Assembly (NCBI GenBank): GCA_965243765.1 | Contig: CBDEWB010000018.1 | Coordinates: forward strand, 559,314 to 623,313 | Reading direction: 5' to 3' | DNA from: Halarcobacter sp. | GTDB taxonomy: Bacteria; Campylobacterota; Campylobacteria; Campylobacterales; Arcobacteraceae | DNA: 64,000 nucleotides | Shown here: positions 34,843 through 44,355 of the stretch, in pieces | Position numbering within the stretch: the first letter of the stretch is position 1 | Layout of the letters: each line of letters begins with the position of its first letter | The notes under the pieces: generated by a model | What the model was told of the DNA's origin: nothing | The model's input: only the letters and a program-made list of their open reading frames with translations | The model's database searches: none | Translations under genes and position numbers: made by a program

Positions 34843-34980
34843 GTGGAGTAAAGCATCATCTTTTTTCTTTACTCTGCGTTGAAAAAGAAACTTAAATGCT
34901 CACGTATTTGATATTCGCATCATCAAGCATAAATATAAATAGGCTTCTATTACCTCTTTGATGATAAATATTTACTCCAC
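34843..34980. repeat. Short element with terminal inverted repeats (MITE or palindromic-repeat-like)
   Basis: GTGGAGTAAA (34843-34852) and TTTACTCCAC (34971-34980), with inner ATCATC/GATGAT. Confidence 0.5.
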
Positions 34981-34992
34981 CAATCATTATAA

Positions 34993-35349
34993 GGCACCTC
35001 TAAAAACTACCCCCAATCAACTAAAAAAGTACAATTTAGATAAAATCTAAAGATATATCAACAAACAAGGTTAAAGAAATGGCAGGATTATTTGATATAA
35101 AATATCATGAGAGAAAAATAAAAGAGTATCAAGCACCATTGAGCAAATTAGACAAAGTTATAAACTAAGAATTATTTAAAGAGCCAATTGAAAAAGCCTT
35201 ATATGTAGAACCAAAAGAAGGGAAGTATGATAAATGCTTCATTTGTAGATGCACCAAGACAAAGAAACTTTAAAGATGATAATGCAGATATTAAAAATTG
35301 AATTAAAGAATGATTTAAGCTACTTTATAAATGGTTTTTAGAGGTTTCC
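34993..35349 (+). mobile_element. Internally deleted IS5 family remnant, 357 bp
   Basis: Ends GGCACCTCTAAAAAC / GTTTTTAGAGGTTTCC with TAA on both flanks; fragments MAGLFD..PLSKLDKVIN*ELF and INASFVDAPRQRN. Confidence 0.78.
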
Positions 35350-35465
35350 TAAAGTATTAGAAGAATATCCCAATAGATTAAATGATATATTTTTCTATTT
35401 ATAAACTATTAACTTTAATTCACTAAAATATATTTTAAACTACAAACAATTAATATAGGAAAAAT

Positions 35466-35870
35466 ATGTTTTTAATGAAACTACAGGCAAAAGAAAAATT
35501 TGCTTTTTTACAACTTGCACACTATTTAGCGAGAATTGATAATGAATATCAAAAAAAGGAAGAAGAGATTATTTTAGAATACTGTTCTGAAATGGGTATT
35601 GAAAATGATGAGTCTTTTGAAAATGATACTTTTTCTCTTGATGATACATTGAAAGATTTTAAATCAAAAAAGAGCAAAAAAATTGTTCTTTTTGAGCTAA
35701 TGATTTTAATTTATGCTGATGATAAATTTGATTTAAAAGAGAGAACTTTAATATCAAAAATTAATGATATTTTTAATTTTGAGAAAAAAGATTTAGAGCT
35801 TTATTCTGAGTGGGGAAAGGCTATAGCCGCACTTTATCAGCAAGGAAAAATATTTATTAGTAAAAAATAA
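35466..35870 (+). CDS. TerB-like protein
   Basis: HYLARID..EEEII, LILIYADDKFDLKE duplicated helical pattern. Confidence 0.6.
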   Translation: MFLMKLQAKEKFAFLQLAHYLARIDNEYQKKEEEIILEYCSEMGIENDESFENDTFSLDDTLKDFKSKKSKKIVLFELMILIYADDKFDLKERTLISKINDIFNFEKKDLELYSEWGKAIAALYQQGKIFISKK

Positions 35871-35927
35871 TTATTTAATTTAAAACTTTAAATAATATCA
35901 CTAATAAATTTAGCTAAAATTTATGTT

Positions 35928-36131
35928 ATGGAAATTATGAATAAGTTAAATATAAAAATAAGTAAATTAATTCACGAATATGAATTAATAAAAAAAGAGA
36001 ATCAGAACTTACACCAAGACTTAGATGATTTAAAAAATAATAATGACGAATTAGAAAGAAATAATCAAGATATGCTTTTAAAAATAGATAGTACACTCAC
36101 TTTTTTAGAGATAAAAAATATTGGAAAGTAA
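35928..36131 (+). CDS. Small coiled-coil protein (ZapB-like by inference)
   Basis: 67 aa with continuous heptad pattern. Confidence 0.55.
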   Translation: MEIMNKLNIKISKLIHEYELIKKENQNLHQDLDDLKNNNDELERNNQDMLLKIDSTLTFLEIKNIGK

Positions 36132-36330
36132 ATTAACTTTCCATATTAACAATATGGCATATACTATTAAAGTAGATGAAGTATTAAAAAATGAGATACA
36201 AAAATATATAGATACAAACAAAAATATTGACACAAAAGAGTTATTAGCTGCGTATATTAGAATTGCACAAGAACTAACTAGATTTAAACAAGATTTAGAG
36301 ATTATCACAGATAAAATACCTAGGTTATAA
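36121..36330 (+). CDS. Small protein (ZapA-like by inference)
   Basis: KLTFHINNMAYTIKV beta hairpin followed by helices; overlaps the previous gene. Confidence 0.5.
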   Translation: MESKLTFHINNMAYTIKVDEVLKNEIQKYIDTNKNIDTKELLAAYIRIAQELTRFKQDLEIITDKIPRL

Positions 36331-36337
36331 GTATAAA

Positions 36338-36769
36338 ATGAAGAGAGCTTTTTCTTTATTTGAATTAATCATTGTTTTAGTAATTATCTCTATTTTAGCT
36401 ACTTTTATAGTATCAAAAGCAAAAAGTTTAATTAATGCTTCTATTAAAGTAAAAGTAAAATCAGATATTGCTTTAATTAGAAGTTCTATTTTAAGAGAAA
36501 ATACTAAAAATATACTTTTGCAAAAAGATATGAGTTTTATTTTGGATAGTGCAAGTGAAAATAAAAAGGGTAGTTATTTATTTAAAAATATTCTGAACTT
36601 TCCTTTAGTTTCAACTACTTCTAGTATTAAAGAGTATGGACAGTGGATTAAACAATCTCCAATTAAATATTTAGTATATTTAAGCAATGATGTATTTTTA
36701 AATTTTGAGTTTAAAAATCAATCTTTTGATTGTAAAAGTGAATTAAAATTGTGTAAAGAGTATGAATGA
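36338..36769 (+). CDS. Prepilin-type N-methylation domain protein (pseudopilin)
   Basis: KRAFSLFELIIVLVII type III signal. Confidence 0.85.
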   Translation: MKRAFSLFELIIVLVIISILATFIVSKAKSLINASIKVKVKSDIALIRSSILRENTKNILLQKDMSFILDSASENKKGSYLFKNILNFPLVSTTSSIKEYGQWIKQSPIKYLVYLSNDVFLNFEFKNQSFDCKSELKLCKEYE

Positions 36770-38613
36770 ATTATTATGAAGTGTCTTTATTAAAATCACC
36801 TTTAAATCCTTTAACTTATCAAAGTGAAGAGGAAATAAATATAGGTTCAAAGATTCTTGTACCTTTAGCAAGAAGAAAAAACTCATTAGATGCAGTAGTT
36901 ATTAAAAAAGTAGATAAACCTAAGTTCAAGTGTGTAAATATTGAAGAAGTTACTAGTTTTTATTATGATGATAAGATGCTAAAAATCGCAAGTTTTATTT
37001 CTCAATATTATGTCTGTGCTTTAGGCGAAGCCTTAGGTGTTTATACTCCTTTTGATAAAGATAAAACTTTAGAAAAAAATAGCATAACTTTTGACTCAGA
37101 AATAATATTATCAAAAGAACAAGAAAAAGCTTTTCATTTTCTAGAAAATAAAAAACAAGCCCTTTTGTTTGCAAATACAGGAAGTGGAAAAACAGAAATC
37201 TATATAAAAACAATTGAAAAGATTTTAAACAAAGGTTCAGATGCACTTTTATTGATGCCTGAAATCTCACTTACTCCTCAAATGCAAAAAAGGTTAGAAA
37301 AAGTTTTTGGAAAAGCAGTAGCTGTTTGGCACTCAAAAGTAAGTAAAAAGAAAAAACAAGAGATTTTAGATGGTATTTATAAAGGTGAGATAAAATTAGT
37401 AGCAGGAGCAAGATCAGCTCTATTTTTACCTTTTTCAAACTTGGAGTTAATAGTAGTAGATGAAGAGCATGATGAATCTTATAAGAGTGATAGTAAGCCA
37501 AGATATCATGCAAAAGATTTAGCAATTTATATAAGTAAGAAGTTTGATATTCGTCTTATCTTAGGAAGTGCGACGGCTTCCATTTCTTCTTTTGATAAAT
37601 TGCCTTATTTTAGATTAAAAGAGACATTTTTTGATACAAAGAAAAGAATATTTTTTGATGATTCTTCACAAGATCTATCTACTAAAATTATAAATAAAAT
37701 ATCTCAAACCCTAGATAATGAACATCAAGTAATCGTTTTTTTACCAACAAGAGCAAATTTTAAATATCAGATTTGTAGCTCTTGTGGTAAGTCTGTTCAT
37801 TGTCCTTTTTGTTCTGTTTCAATGAGTTTACATAAAAATGATAGAGCTTTAAAATGCCACTATTGTGGTTATTCACAACAAATACCAGAAGTTTGTCCAA
37901 CTTGCGAAAATGGAATTATTCATAACCTACGAGTAGGAACTGCTGAAATAGAGACTCAACTAAATGAGCTTTTTCCAAATAAAACTATAAAAAGATTTGA
38001 TAGGGATGAGATAAAAACAGATACAAAACTAAAAGCTGTTTTAAATGATTTTAATAAGAATAAAATAGATATCTTAGTTGGTACTCAAATGCTTTCAAAA
38101 GGGCATGATTATCATAATGTAAAACTTGCAGTTATTTTAGGAATAGATTCTATTTTAAATATGAATTCATACAAAGCCAGAGAGAGAGCCTTATCTCTTT
38201 TAATTCAAATATCAGGACGAAGTGGACGAAAAGGTGAGGGTGAAGTAGTAGTTCAAACAAAAAATGAAGAGTTTTTTAAATACTACTTACAAGAGTGTGA
38301 TTATCAAGAGTTTTTAAAAGAAGAGTTAGTTTTTAGAGTTGGTTTATATCCTCCATACCTAAAAATAGCAAAAGTAGTTTTTTCTCATACAAATGGCTTA
38401 AAAGTAAAAGATGAACTAGATAAATATGTATATATCTTAAAACAAATGAAAAATATCCAAATAGTAGGCTCAGGACAATGCGCTATTTTTAAAATAGCAA
38501 ATAAGTTTAGATATGAAATTATTCTTCGTTCAAGTAATATAAAAGCACTACTAGTCTCACTTCATAGTATCAATTCTGACATGGCAAGTATTGATATGGA
38601 TACTGTTTATTAG
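36766..38613 (+). CDS. priA: Primosomal protein N'
   Basis: NTGSGKTE, MPEISLT, GARSA, DEEH, two C4 zinc motifs, GTQMLSKGHD. Confidence 0.96.
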   Translation: MNYYEVSLLKSPLNPLTYQSEEEINIGSKILVPLARRKNSLDAVVIKKVDKPKFKCVNIEEVTSFYYDDKMLKIASFISQYYVCALGEALGVYTPFDKDKTLEKNSITFDSEIILSKEQEKAFHFLENKKQALLFANTGSGKTEIYIKTIEKILNKGSDALLLMPEISLTPQMQKRLEKVFGKAVAVWHSKVSKKKKQEILDGIYKGEIKLVAGARSALFLPFSNLELIVVDEEHDESYKSDSKPRYHAKDLAIYISKKFDIRLILGSATASISSFDKLPYFRLKETFFDTKKRIFFDDSSQDLSTKIINKISQTLDNEHQVIVFLPTRANFKYQICSSCGKSVHCPFCSVSMSLHKNDRALKCHYCGYSQQIPEVCPTCENGIIHNLRVGTAEIETQLNELFPNKTIKRFDRDEIKTDTKLKAVLNDFNKNKIDILVGTQMLSKGHDYHNVKLAVILGIDSILNMNSYKARERALSLLIQISGRSGRKGEGEVVVQTKNEEFFKYYLQECDYQEFLKEELVFRVGLYPPYLKIAKVVFSHTNGLKVKDELDKYVYILKQMKNIQIVGSGQCAIFKIANKFRYEIILRSSNIKALLVSLHSINSDMASIDMDTVY

Positions 38614-38778
38614 AGAGTATGGAACTTAGTTATTTCATCGTTTTATTGATATAATCAAACAACTTGAAGTTATTGATGTTGAAATTTTAAATGCTATGTT
38701 TGATAGTCATGTAAATAAAGTAGGTAGATTACAAATTTATAATGGAAACCAAGAAGAATAGTATTCTCTAAAACACAT

Positions 38779-39017
38779 ATTAAGATTCATTCATTATACT
38801 TTTAATACTTATTTAGCAAATTTAGAGATGATAAAGAGAGGAAAGAATAGAGCAAATTCAATTAGAATTAGGAATAAATATAGATTTGAGATGATAATTT
38901 ATGATAAATATTTTTTAAAAATTGAAAAAATAAGATTTTATAGATCTTTTTAGTTGTGCTGTGGTCTCATTAAGATTCATTCATTATACTTTTAATACTT
39001 ATTTAGCAAATTTAGAG
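38779..39017 (+). repeat. Perfect 49-bp direct repeat with a 141-bp spacer
   Basis: ATTAAGATTCATTCATTATACTTTTAATACTTATTTAGCAAATTTAGAG at 38779-38827 and 38969-39017. Confidence 0.92.
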
Positions 39018-39023
39018 TATAAT
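39018..39023 (+). promoter_or_regulatory. Probable -10 box of the dapD promoter
   Basis: TATAAT 24 bp before the ATG, with AAGGA RBS. Confidence 0.55.
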
Positions 39024-39046
39024 CTCAAAAAAAATAAGGAATTTTA

Positions 39047-40234
39047 ATGGCTTTTACAAAAGAAGATTTTAAAAAACAAGTTGAAGATATAAAAGGACAA
39101 TCTTGGTATAAAAATCCAATTGGATTTGGTATTGCTAGAGTTGATAGAGGACAATTAGACTCTTCTAAAATATTACAAGCAACTTTTCCAGTAATTAACT
39201 GGGAAGAAAACTATGGTAGTGCAGCGATTTTCTTAAATTCATTAAAAGAAGCTGGTGAAGAAGTTGATACTTCAAAATCAGAGTTAGTATGTACAGTTAG
39301 TGATAAATTTTTAACTTCTTGTATTGAATCTTTTAGACCATATATTTCTGAAGCAAAAAGTTCTTTGCATAAAAATGTTCAAGTTATTTCTCAATTATCT
39401 TCATTACCAATTGATACTGGTTTTATTGCTGATGATTATAAAGTAGTATTTATTTTTGAAGATACAAATCCTGAATCTACAGAATCTGTGTATTTAAAAC
39501 TTTATGCTTTATCAACTGGAAAAGCACAGTTAAGAAGCTTAAACTTAAATGGTGCATTTGGTAAATTACATAATTGTGCATGGATTGGAAATGAGCCTGT
39601 TGAGTTAGATTGGTTAAGAGAAAATGAAATTTCATTAAAATTAACTGGTAAATATCCAGAAGTTACTATGGTAGATAAATTTCCAAGATTTTTATCTCAT
39701 GTAATTCCTGCTGATAATACAAGAATTTTAGAAACTTCAAAAGTAAGATTTGGAGCTCAATTAGCAGCAGGTACAACTGTAATGCCAGGTGCTTCATATA
39801 TCAACTTTAACGCAGGCACTTTAGGTACTGTTATGGTTGAGGGAAGAATTTCTTCTTCTGCTGTTGTTGGTGCTGGTTCTGATGTTGGTGGTGGAGCTTC
39901 TATCTTAGGTGTTCTTTCAGGTACTGATGGTGTTCCTGTTTCTATTGGTGTAAATACATTACTTGGTGCTAACTCTTGTACAGGTACTACTATTGGTGAT
40001 GGTTGTATCTTAGATGCAGGTGTTACTATTTTACCAGGAACAAAAATTGCAGTATCAGAAAAAGCTATTACAGCATTAAGCGAAATTAACCCAAGTAAAG
40101 AGATTAAAGCTTCTATGAAAGGTTTAGATTTCTTAGGTGTTAATGGAGTACACTTTAGAGTAAACTCAAGTACAGGTCAAACTATTGCTATGAGATCAAC
40201 TAGAGAGATTAAATTAAACGCAGACTTACACTAA
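39047..40234 (+). CDS. dapD: Tetrahydrodipicolinate N-succinyltransferase
   Basis: VDKFPR, VRFGAQLAAGTTVMPG.SYINFNAGT, VEGRISS hexapeptide region. Confidence 0.93.
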   Translation: MAFTKEDFKKQVEDIKGQSWYKNPIGFGIARVDRGQLDSSKILQATFPVINWEENYGSAAIFLNSLKEAGEEVDTSKSELVCTVSDKFLTSCIESFRPYISEAKSSLHKNVQVISQLSSLPIDTGFIADDYKVVFIFEDTNPESTESVYLKLYALSTGKAQLRSLNLNGAFGKLHNCAWIGNEPVELDWLRENEISLKLTGKYPEVTMVDKFPRFLSHVIPADNTRILETSKVRFGAQLAAGTTVMPGASYINFNAGTLGTVMVEGRISSSAVVGAGSDVGGGASILGVLSGTDGVPVSIGVNTLLGANSCTGTTIGDGCILDAGVTILPGTKIAVSEKAITALSEINPSKEIKASMKGLDFLGVNGVHFRVNSSTGQTIAMRSTREIKLNADLH

Positions 40235-40287
40235 AAGTATAAGCGTATAAATATAAAAATCTTAAAAGTTTACTTAATTAAAAAAAT

Positions 40288-40520
40288 GGGTGCTTAAAAC
40301 ACCTCTCAAACTATTGTATATTGGGAGCAAACAAAGGTTTATTTACAAATGGCTGTAAAAAAGCTTTAAAATAGGAAGTCAATTCCTTGGATAATGAAAC
40401 AAAGGGATGAATATATTATTGATGTTAAAGTACATAATCATAGAGCAGTAAACCTAGTGTGTGATGCAATATTTTATGTATGGAAAAGAGAAAGATTACT
40501 TTGCTTTTATAGGGCATTTT
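40288..40520 (+). mobile_element. Third IS1249-type remnant
   Basis: Leader TTTATTTACAAATGGCT.TAAAAAAG shared with 13870-13894; reads KSIPWIMKQRDEY..HNHRAVNLVCDAIFY (first DDE Asp region); right boundary approximate. Confidence 0.6.
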
Positions 40521-40713
40521 GATACTGTTCATTCTCCTAAATAGTGATTTTAATGCGTATGTAGACAATAATCAACTCTAAATAATTCATAAAACAAATA
40601 TAAAACAAAGGTTTATCTTAAATTAAAAAGTTTATATAATTAACTATATCTTTTTTAAAACTTTTATACTATAATTTTAGTACAAAAATTAAATTACAAT
40701 AAAAGGAAACTAC

Positions 40714-41310
40714 ATGTTAGTAACAAAAAAAGCTCCAGATTTCACAGCAACAGCTGTACTTGCAAATGGTCAAATCGATGAAGATTTTAATTTATATGAT
40801 AATATCGGGGAAAATGGTGTGGTATTATTTTTCTACCCACTAGATTTTACTTTTGTTTGTCCTTCAGAACTTATTGCATTCTCCAAAAGAATAGAAGAGT
40901 TTGATTCAAGAGGTGTAACAGTTATTGGTGTTTCTGTTGATTCTCAATTCTCACATTTTGCTTGGAGGGAAACTGATGTCAATAATGGTGGAATTGGTAA
41001 AATTAAATATCCATTAGTTGCTGATTTATCTAAATCAATTGCAAAAGATTATGACGTTTTATTTGGAGATGCAGTTGCACTTAGAGGTTCATTTCTAATT
41101 GACAAAGATGGAACAGTTAGACATTCTGTTATTAATGATTTACCACTAGGTAGAAACATTGATGAAATGATTAGAATGGTTGATACTATGTTATTTACGA
41201 ATGAACATGGTGAAGTTTGTCCTGCTGGATGGGTTAAAGGTGATGAAGGTATGAAAGCTTCAACTGAAGGTGTTGCAGAATACTTAGGTAAACATGAAGG
41301 TGATTTATAA
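40714..41310 (+). CDS. ahpC: 2-Cys peroxiredoxin
   Basis: FYPLDFTFVCPSE, GEVCPAGW. Confidence 0.96.
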   Translation: MLVTKKAPDFTATAVLANGQIDEDFNLYDNIGENGVVLFFYPLDFTFVCPSELIAFSKRIEEFDSRGVTVIGVSVDSQFSHFAWRETDVNNGGIGKIKYPLVADLSKSIAKDYDVLFGDAVALRGSFLIDKDGTVRHSVINDLPLGRNIDEMIRMVDTMLFTNEHGEVCPAGWVKGDEGMKASTEGVAEYLGKHEGDL

Positions 41311-41332
41311 TCACTTTTTTTAACTCAAATAC

Positions 41333-41361
41333 AAAAGGTATCACGAAATTGGTACCTTTTT
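41333..41361 (+). terminator. Probable intrinsic terminator after ahpC
   Basis: AAAAGGTATC / GGTACCTTTT stem. Confidence 0.6.
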
Positions 41362-41481
41362 ATACTTATGCTTATTTTATTTGACAAATTTAAAAATAAA
41401 GACTAAACTTACATAACTTTAAAAAAACTACAAAAAAACTACATAACTTACTATGTAAATCAAACAAAGGCAAACTTACGC

Positions 41482-42822
41482 ATGGAAGAGTCAAAAACTC
41501 AGAATAAAACAAAAACTACGAAAAAACAGTATAACACAAAAAAAACTAGGACACATATTCCAGTAGATGGTTATAAAATCGAACAATTAAGAGAATTACC
41601 CCTAGAAGAGCTATTAAAAATTTCGAAAGAGCTAGAGGTAGAAAATCCTCAAGAACTTAAAAGACAAGATTTAATGTTTAATATTCTTAAGTACCAAATT
41701 GATAAAGGTGGATTTATTTTATTTACTGGAATCTTAGAAATTAAAGATGGTGGTTTTGGTTTTTTAAGAGCAATTGATGGAAACTTCTCTGATACTTCAA
41801 ACGATTCGTATGTATCTGCAACACAAATTAGAAAATTTGCACTTAGAACTGGAGATATTGTAACAGGTCAAGTTAGACCTCCAAACAAAGATAATGAAAA
41901 GTATAATGCATTATTAAAAATTGAAGCAATAAATTACTTGCCAATTCATGAATCAAAGAATAGACCACTATTTGATAATTTAACACCTCTATATGCGACG
42001 GATAAGTTTAAATTTGAATATGACCCAACACGTATGACTGGTAGAATGCTAGATCTTTTTGCTCCTATGGGAAAAGGTCAAAGAGGATTAATAGTAGCCC
42101 CTCCTAAAACTGGTAAAACTGAGTTATTAAAAGAGTTAGCACATGGAATGACAAAAAATCATCCAGAAGCTTATTTAATGGTTTTATTAATAGATGAAAG
42201 ACCTGAAGAAGTAACAGATATGCAAAGAAGCGTTAAAGGCGAAGTTTATTCTTCTACTTTTGATTTACCCGCTCATAATCATGTAAGAGTTGCTGAAATT
42301 GTAATTGAAAAAGCAAAAAGATTAGTAGAGATGAAAAAAGATGTTGTTATTTTACTTGATTCTATTACTAGATTAGCACGTGCTTATAATACTGTAACTC
42401 CAAGTTCTGGAAAAGTGTTATCTGGTGGTGTTGATGCTAATGCTTTACACAAACCAAAAAGATTTTTTGGGGCTGCTAGAAATATAGAAGAGGGTGGTTC
42501 GTTAACTATTATTTCAACTGCTTTAATTGAAACTGGTTCTAAAATGGATGAAGTTATTTTTGAAGAGTTTAAAGGAACTGGAAATTCAGAAGTTGTATTA
42601 AGTAGAAATGCAGCAAATAAAAGAGTTTATCCTACAATTGATATTATCAAATCAGGTACTAGAAAAGAAGAATTGCTTCTTACTCCTGATATTTTGCAAA
42701 AAACTTGGATACTCAGAAATGCAGTTGCATCGATGGATGAAGTTGAAGCACTTAGATTTTTGTATTCTAAAATGAAAAAAACTAAAGATAATGAAGAATT
42801 TTTTAAATCTATGAACGAATAA
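41482..42822 (+). CDS. rho: Transcription termination factor Rho
   Basis: [41 protein letters not shown]. Confidence 0.98.
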   Translation: MEESKTQNKTKTTKKQYNTKKTRTHIPVDGYKIEQLRELPLEELLKISKELEVENPQELKRQDLMFNILKYQIDKGGFILFTGILEIKDGGFGFLRAIDGNFSDTSNDSYVSATQIRKFALRTGDIVTGQVRPPNKDNEKYNALLKIEAINYLPIHESKNRPLFDNLTPLYATDKFKFEYDPTRMTGRMLDLFAPMGKGQRGLIVAPPKTGKTELLKELAHGMTKNHPEAYLMVLLIDERPEEVTDMQRSVKGEVYSSTFDLPAHNHVRVAEIVIEKAKRLVEMKKDVVILLDSITRLARAYNTVTPSSGKVLSGGVDANALHKPKRFFGAARNIEEGGSLTIISTALIETGSKMDEVIFEEFKGTGNSEVVLSRNAANKRVYPTIDIIKSGTRKEELLLTPDILQKTWILRNAVASMDEVEALRFLYSKMKKTKDNEEFFKSMNE

Positions 42823-43068
42823 ATTTTTTATTCTTAATTAAGATTTCGTATTAATTAATGGTTGGGAAAACAAAACTACTAAAAGTAAAGAGTATTTAAT
42901 ATTTTTACTCTTTTATATAAATTATGTAGATGAATATGTAAAAACATAGGAAGTTTCCTTTTTGATTTATATTTCATATTATAATTAAAAAATAGTATAA
43001 AAATACTTCTTCACTATAATCCAAAATATTAAAATACAGTATGTGCAAATATTTAAAGGTTATACTAA

Positions 43069-43920
43069 ATGGCAGATAAATTTCAAGTTCAAAAAAAATC
43101 AAAACTTTTAGCTTTTTTAATTGACAACTTGCAGGGTTGGGCTAGAAATAAAATAAAACAAAGATTACAAGCAGGGCATATTTTTGTAAATGAAATTTCA
43201 GTTACTAAACATGACCATAACTTACAAGAGGGTGATTTAGTTCAAGTAGGAACTAGTTTGAAAGTTTTAAATAAAAGTACAGCAAAACTTGAAATCATAT
43301 ATTCTGATAAGGATTTAATAGCTATTAATAAACCAGCAGGGCTTTTATCTGTTTCAACAACAAGTGAAACAAAGTTTCATGCTTTGGCTATTTTAAGAAC
43401 TCAACTTTCACGAGGGAAAAACCAAATCAAATTATGGCCAGTACATAGATTAGATAGAGATACATCTGGAATACTATTATTTGCAAGATCTAAAAAGATT
43501 CGAGAAGAAGTGATGGAAACTTGGGATAAAGCAGAAAAAATATATTTAGCAATCGTTGAAAAATACCCAAAAGAATCTAGTGGTACAATAAATGAACCTT
43601 TAAGACTAGATGAAAAACAATATTTTATGCATGTAGGAAAACATAAAGATGCAAAAGAGGCAATTACTCATTATGAAACACAAAAATGTACAGAAAAAAC
43701 AGCTTTATTAATAGTTAATATAGAAACAGGAAGACAACATCAAATTAGAGCTCATATGGCGTGGTTAGGTCATAGTATTATTGGTGATGAAAGATATGGT
43801 AAAAAAGGCAATAGATTAGGTTTACACTCTTTTAAATTAACTGTAATTCATCCAAAAACTAAAAAAAGTATTACTTTTAAAACAGAAGCTCCAAGTGATT
43901 TTTATGCCTTATTAAAATAA
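43069..43920 (+). CDS. RluA family pseudouridine synthase with S4-like N-terminus
   Basis: INKPAGLL, HRLDRDTSG, TGRQHQIR. Confidence 0.92.
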   Translation: MADKFQVQKKSKLLAFLIDNLQGWARNKIKQRLQAGHIFVNEISVTKHDHNLQEGDLVQVGTSLKVLNKSTAKLEIIYSDKDLIAINKPAGLLSVSTTSETKFHALAILRTQLSRGKNQIKLWPVHRLDRDTSGILLFARSKKIREEVMETWDKAEKIYLAIVEKYPKESSGTINEPLRLDEKQYFMHVGKHKDAKEAITHYETQKCTEKTALLIVNIETGRQHQIRAHMAWLGHSIIGDERYGKKGNRLGLHSFKLTVIHPKTKKSITFKTEAPSDFYALLK

Positions 43921-44015
43921 GCATATTTGTATTGATTGATTTTGCTTTAAATTTGCTAATAAGCTTATATATATTCTTATGATAAAATATCTTTTTTATA
44001 CACAAAGAGGTAAAT

Positions 44016-44346
44016 TTGAGAGTTGGTGTTTTTGATTCAGGTTTAGGTGATTTAACAGTTGTAAAAGCTATCACTCAAACTTTTATGGTGCACAAATATT
44101 TTATATCGCAGATACAAAATTTGCACCTTATGGGGATAAATCACATAAGCAAATTATTTAATAAAAGAACATGATATTGATACTATTGTTTTAGGTTGTA
44201 CCCATTATCCATTTATAAGTGAAACTATAAAAAATATTATAGGAACTGATATAAATTTAGTTGAAACAGGTTTTGCAATTGCCAAGAGATTAAAGAGTTT
44301 AAGTCTTGAAAAAGAGTATATAAATATGGTGGAAAAATTACAGTAA
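44016..44346 (+). pseudogene. murI: Glutamate racemase, destroyed
   Basis: RBS AAGAGG and TTG start; MRVGVFDSGLGDLTV, then frameshift near 44085 to YIADTKFAPYGDK, then a deletion junction near 44157 to DTIVLGCTHYPF; the ACNTA region is absent. Confidence 0.92.
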
Positions 44347-44355
44347 GGAATATAA

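Noticed and set aside
38779-39017. CRISPR array
   Set aside because: Only two repeats, a 141-bp spacer, no palindrome and no cas genes
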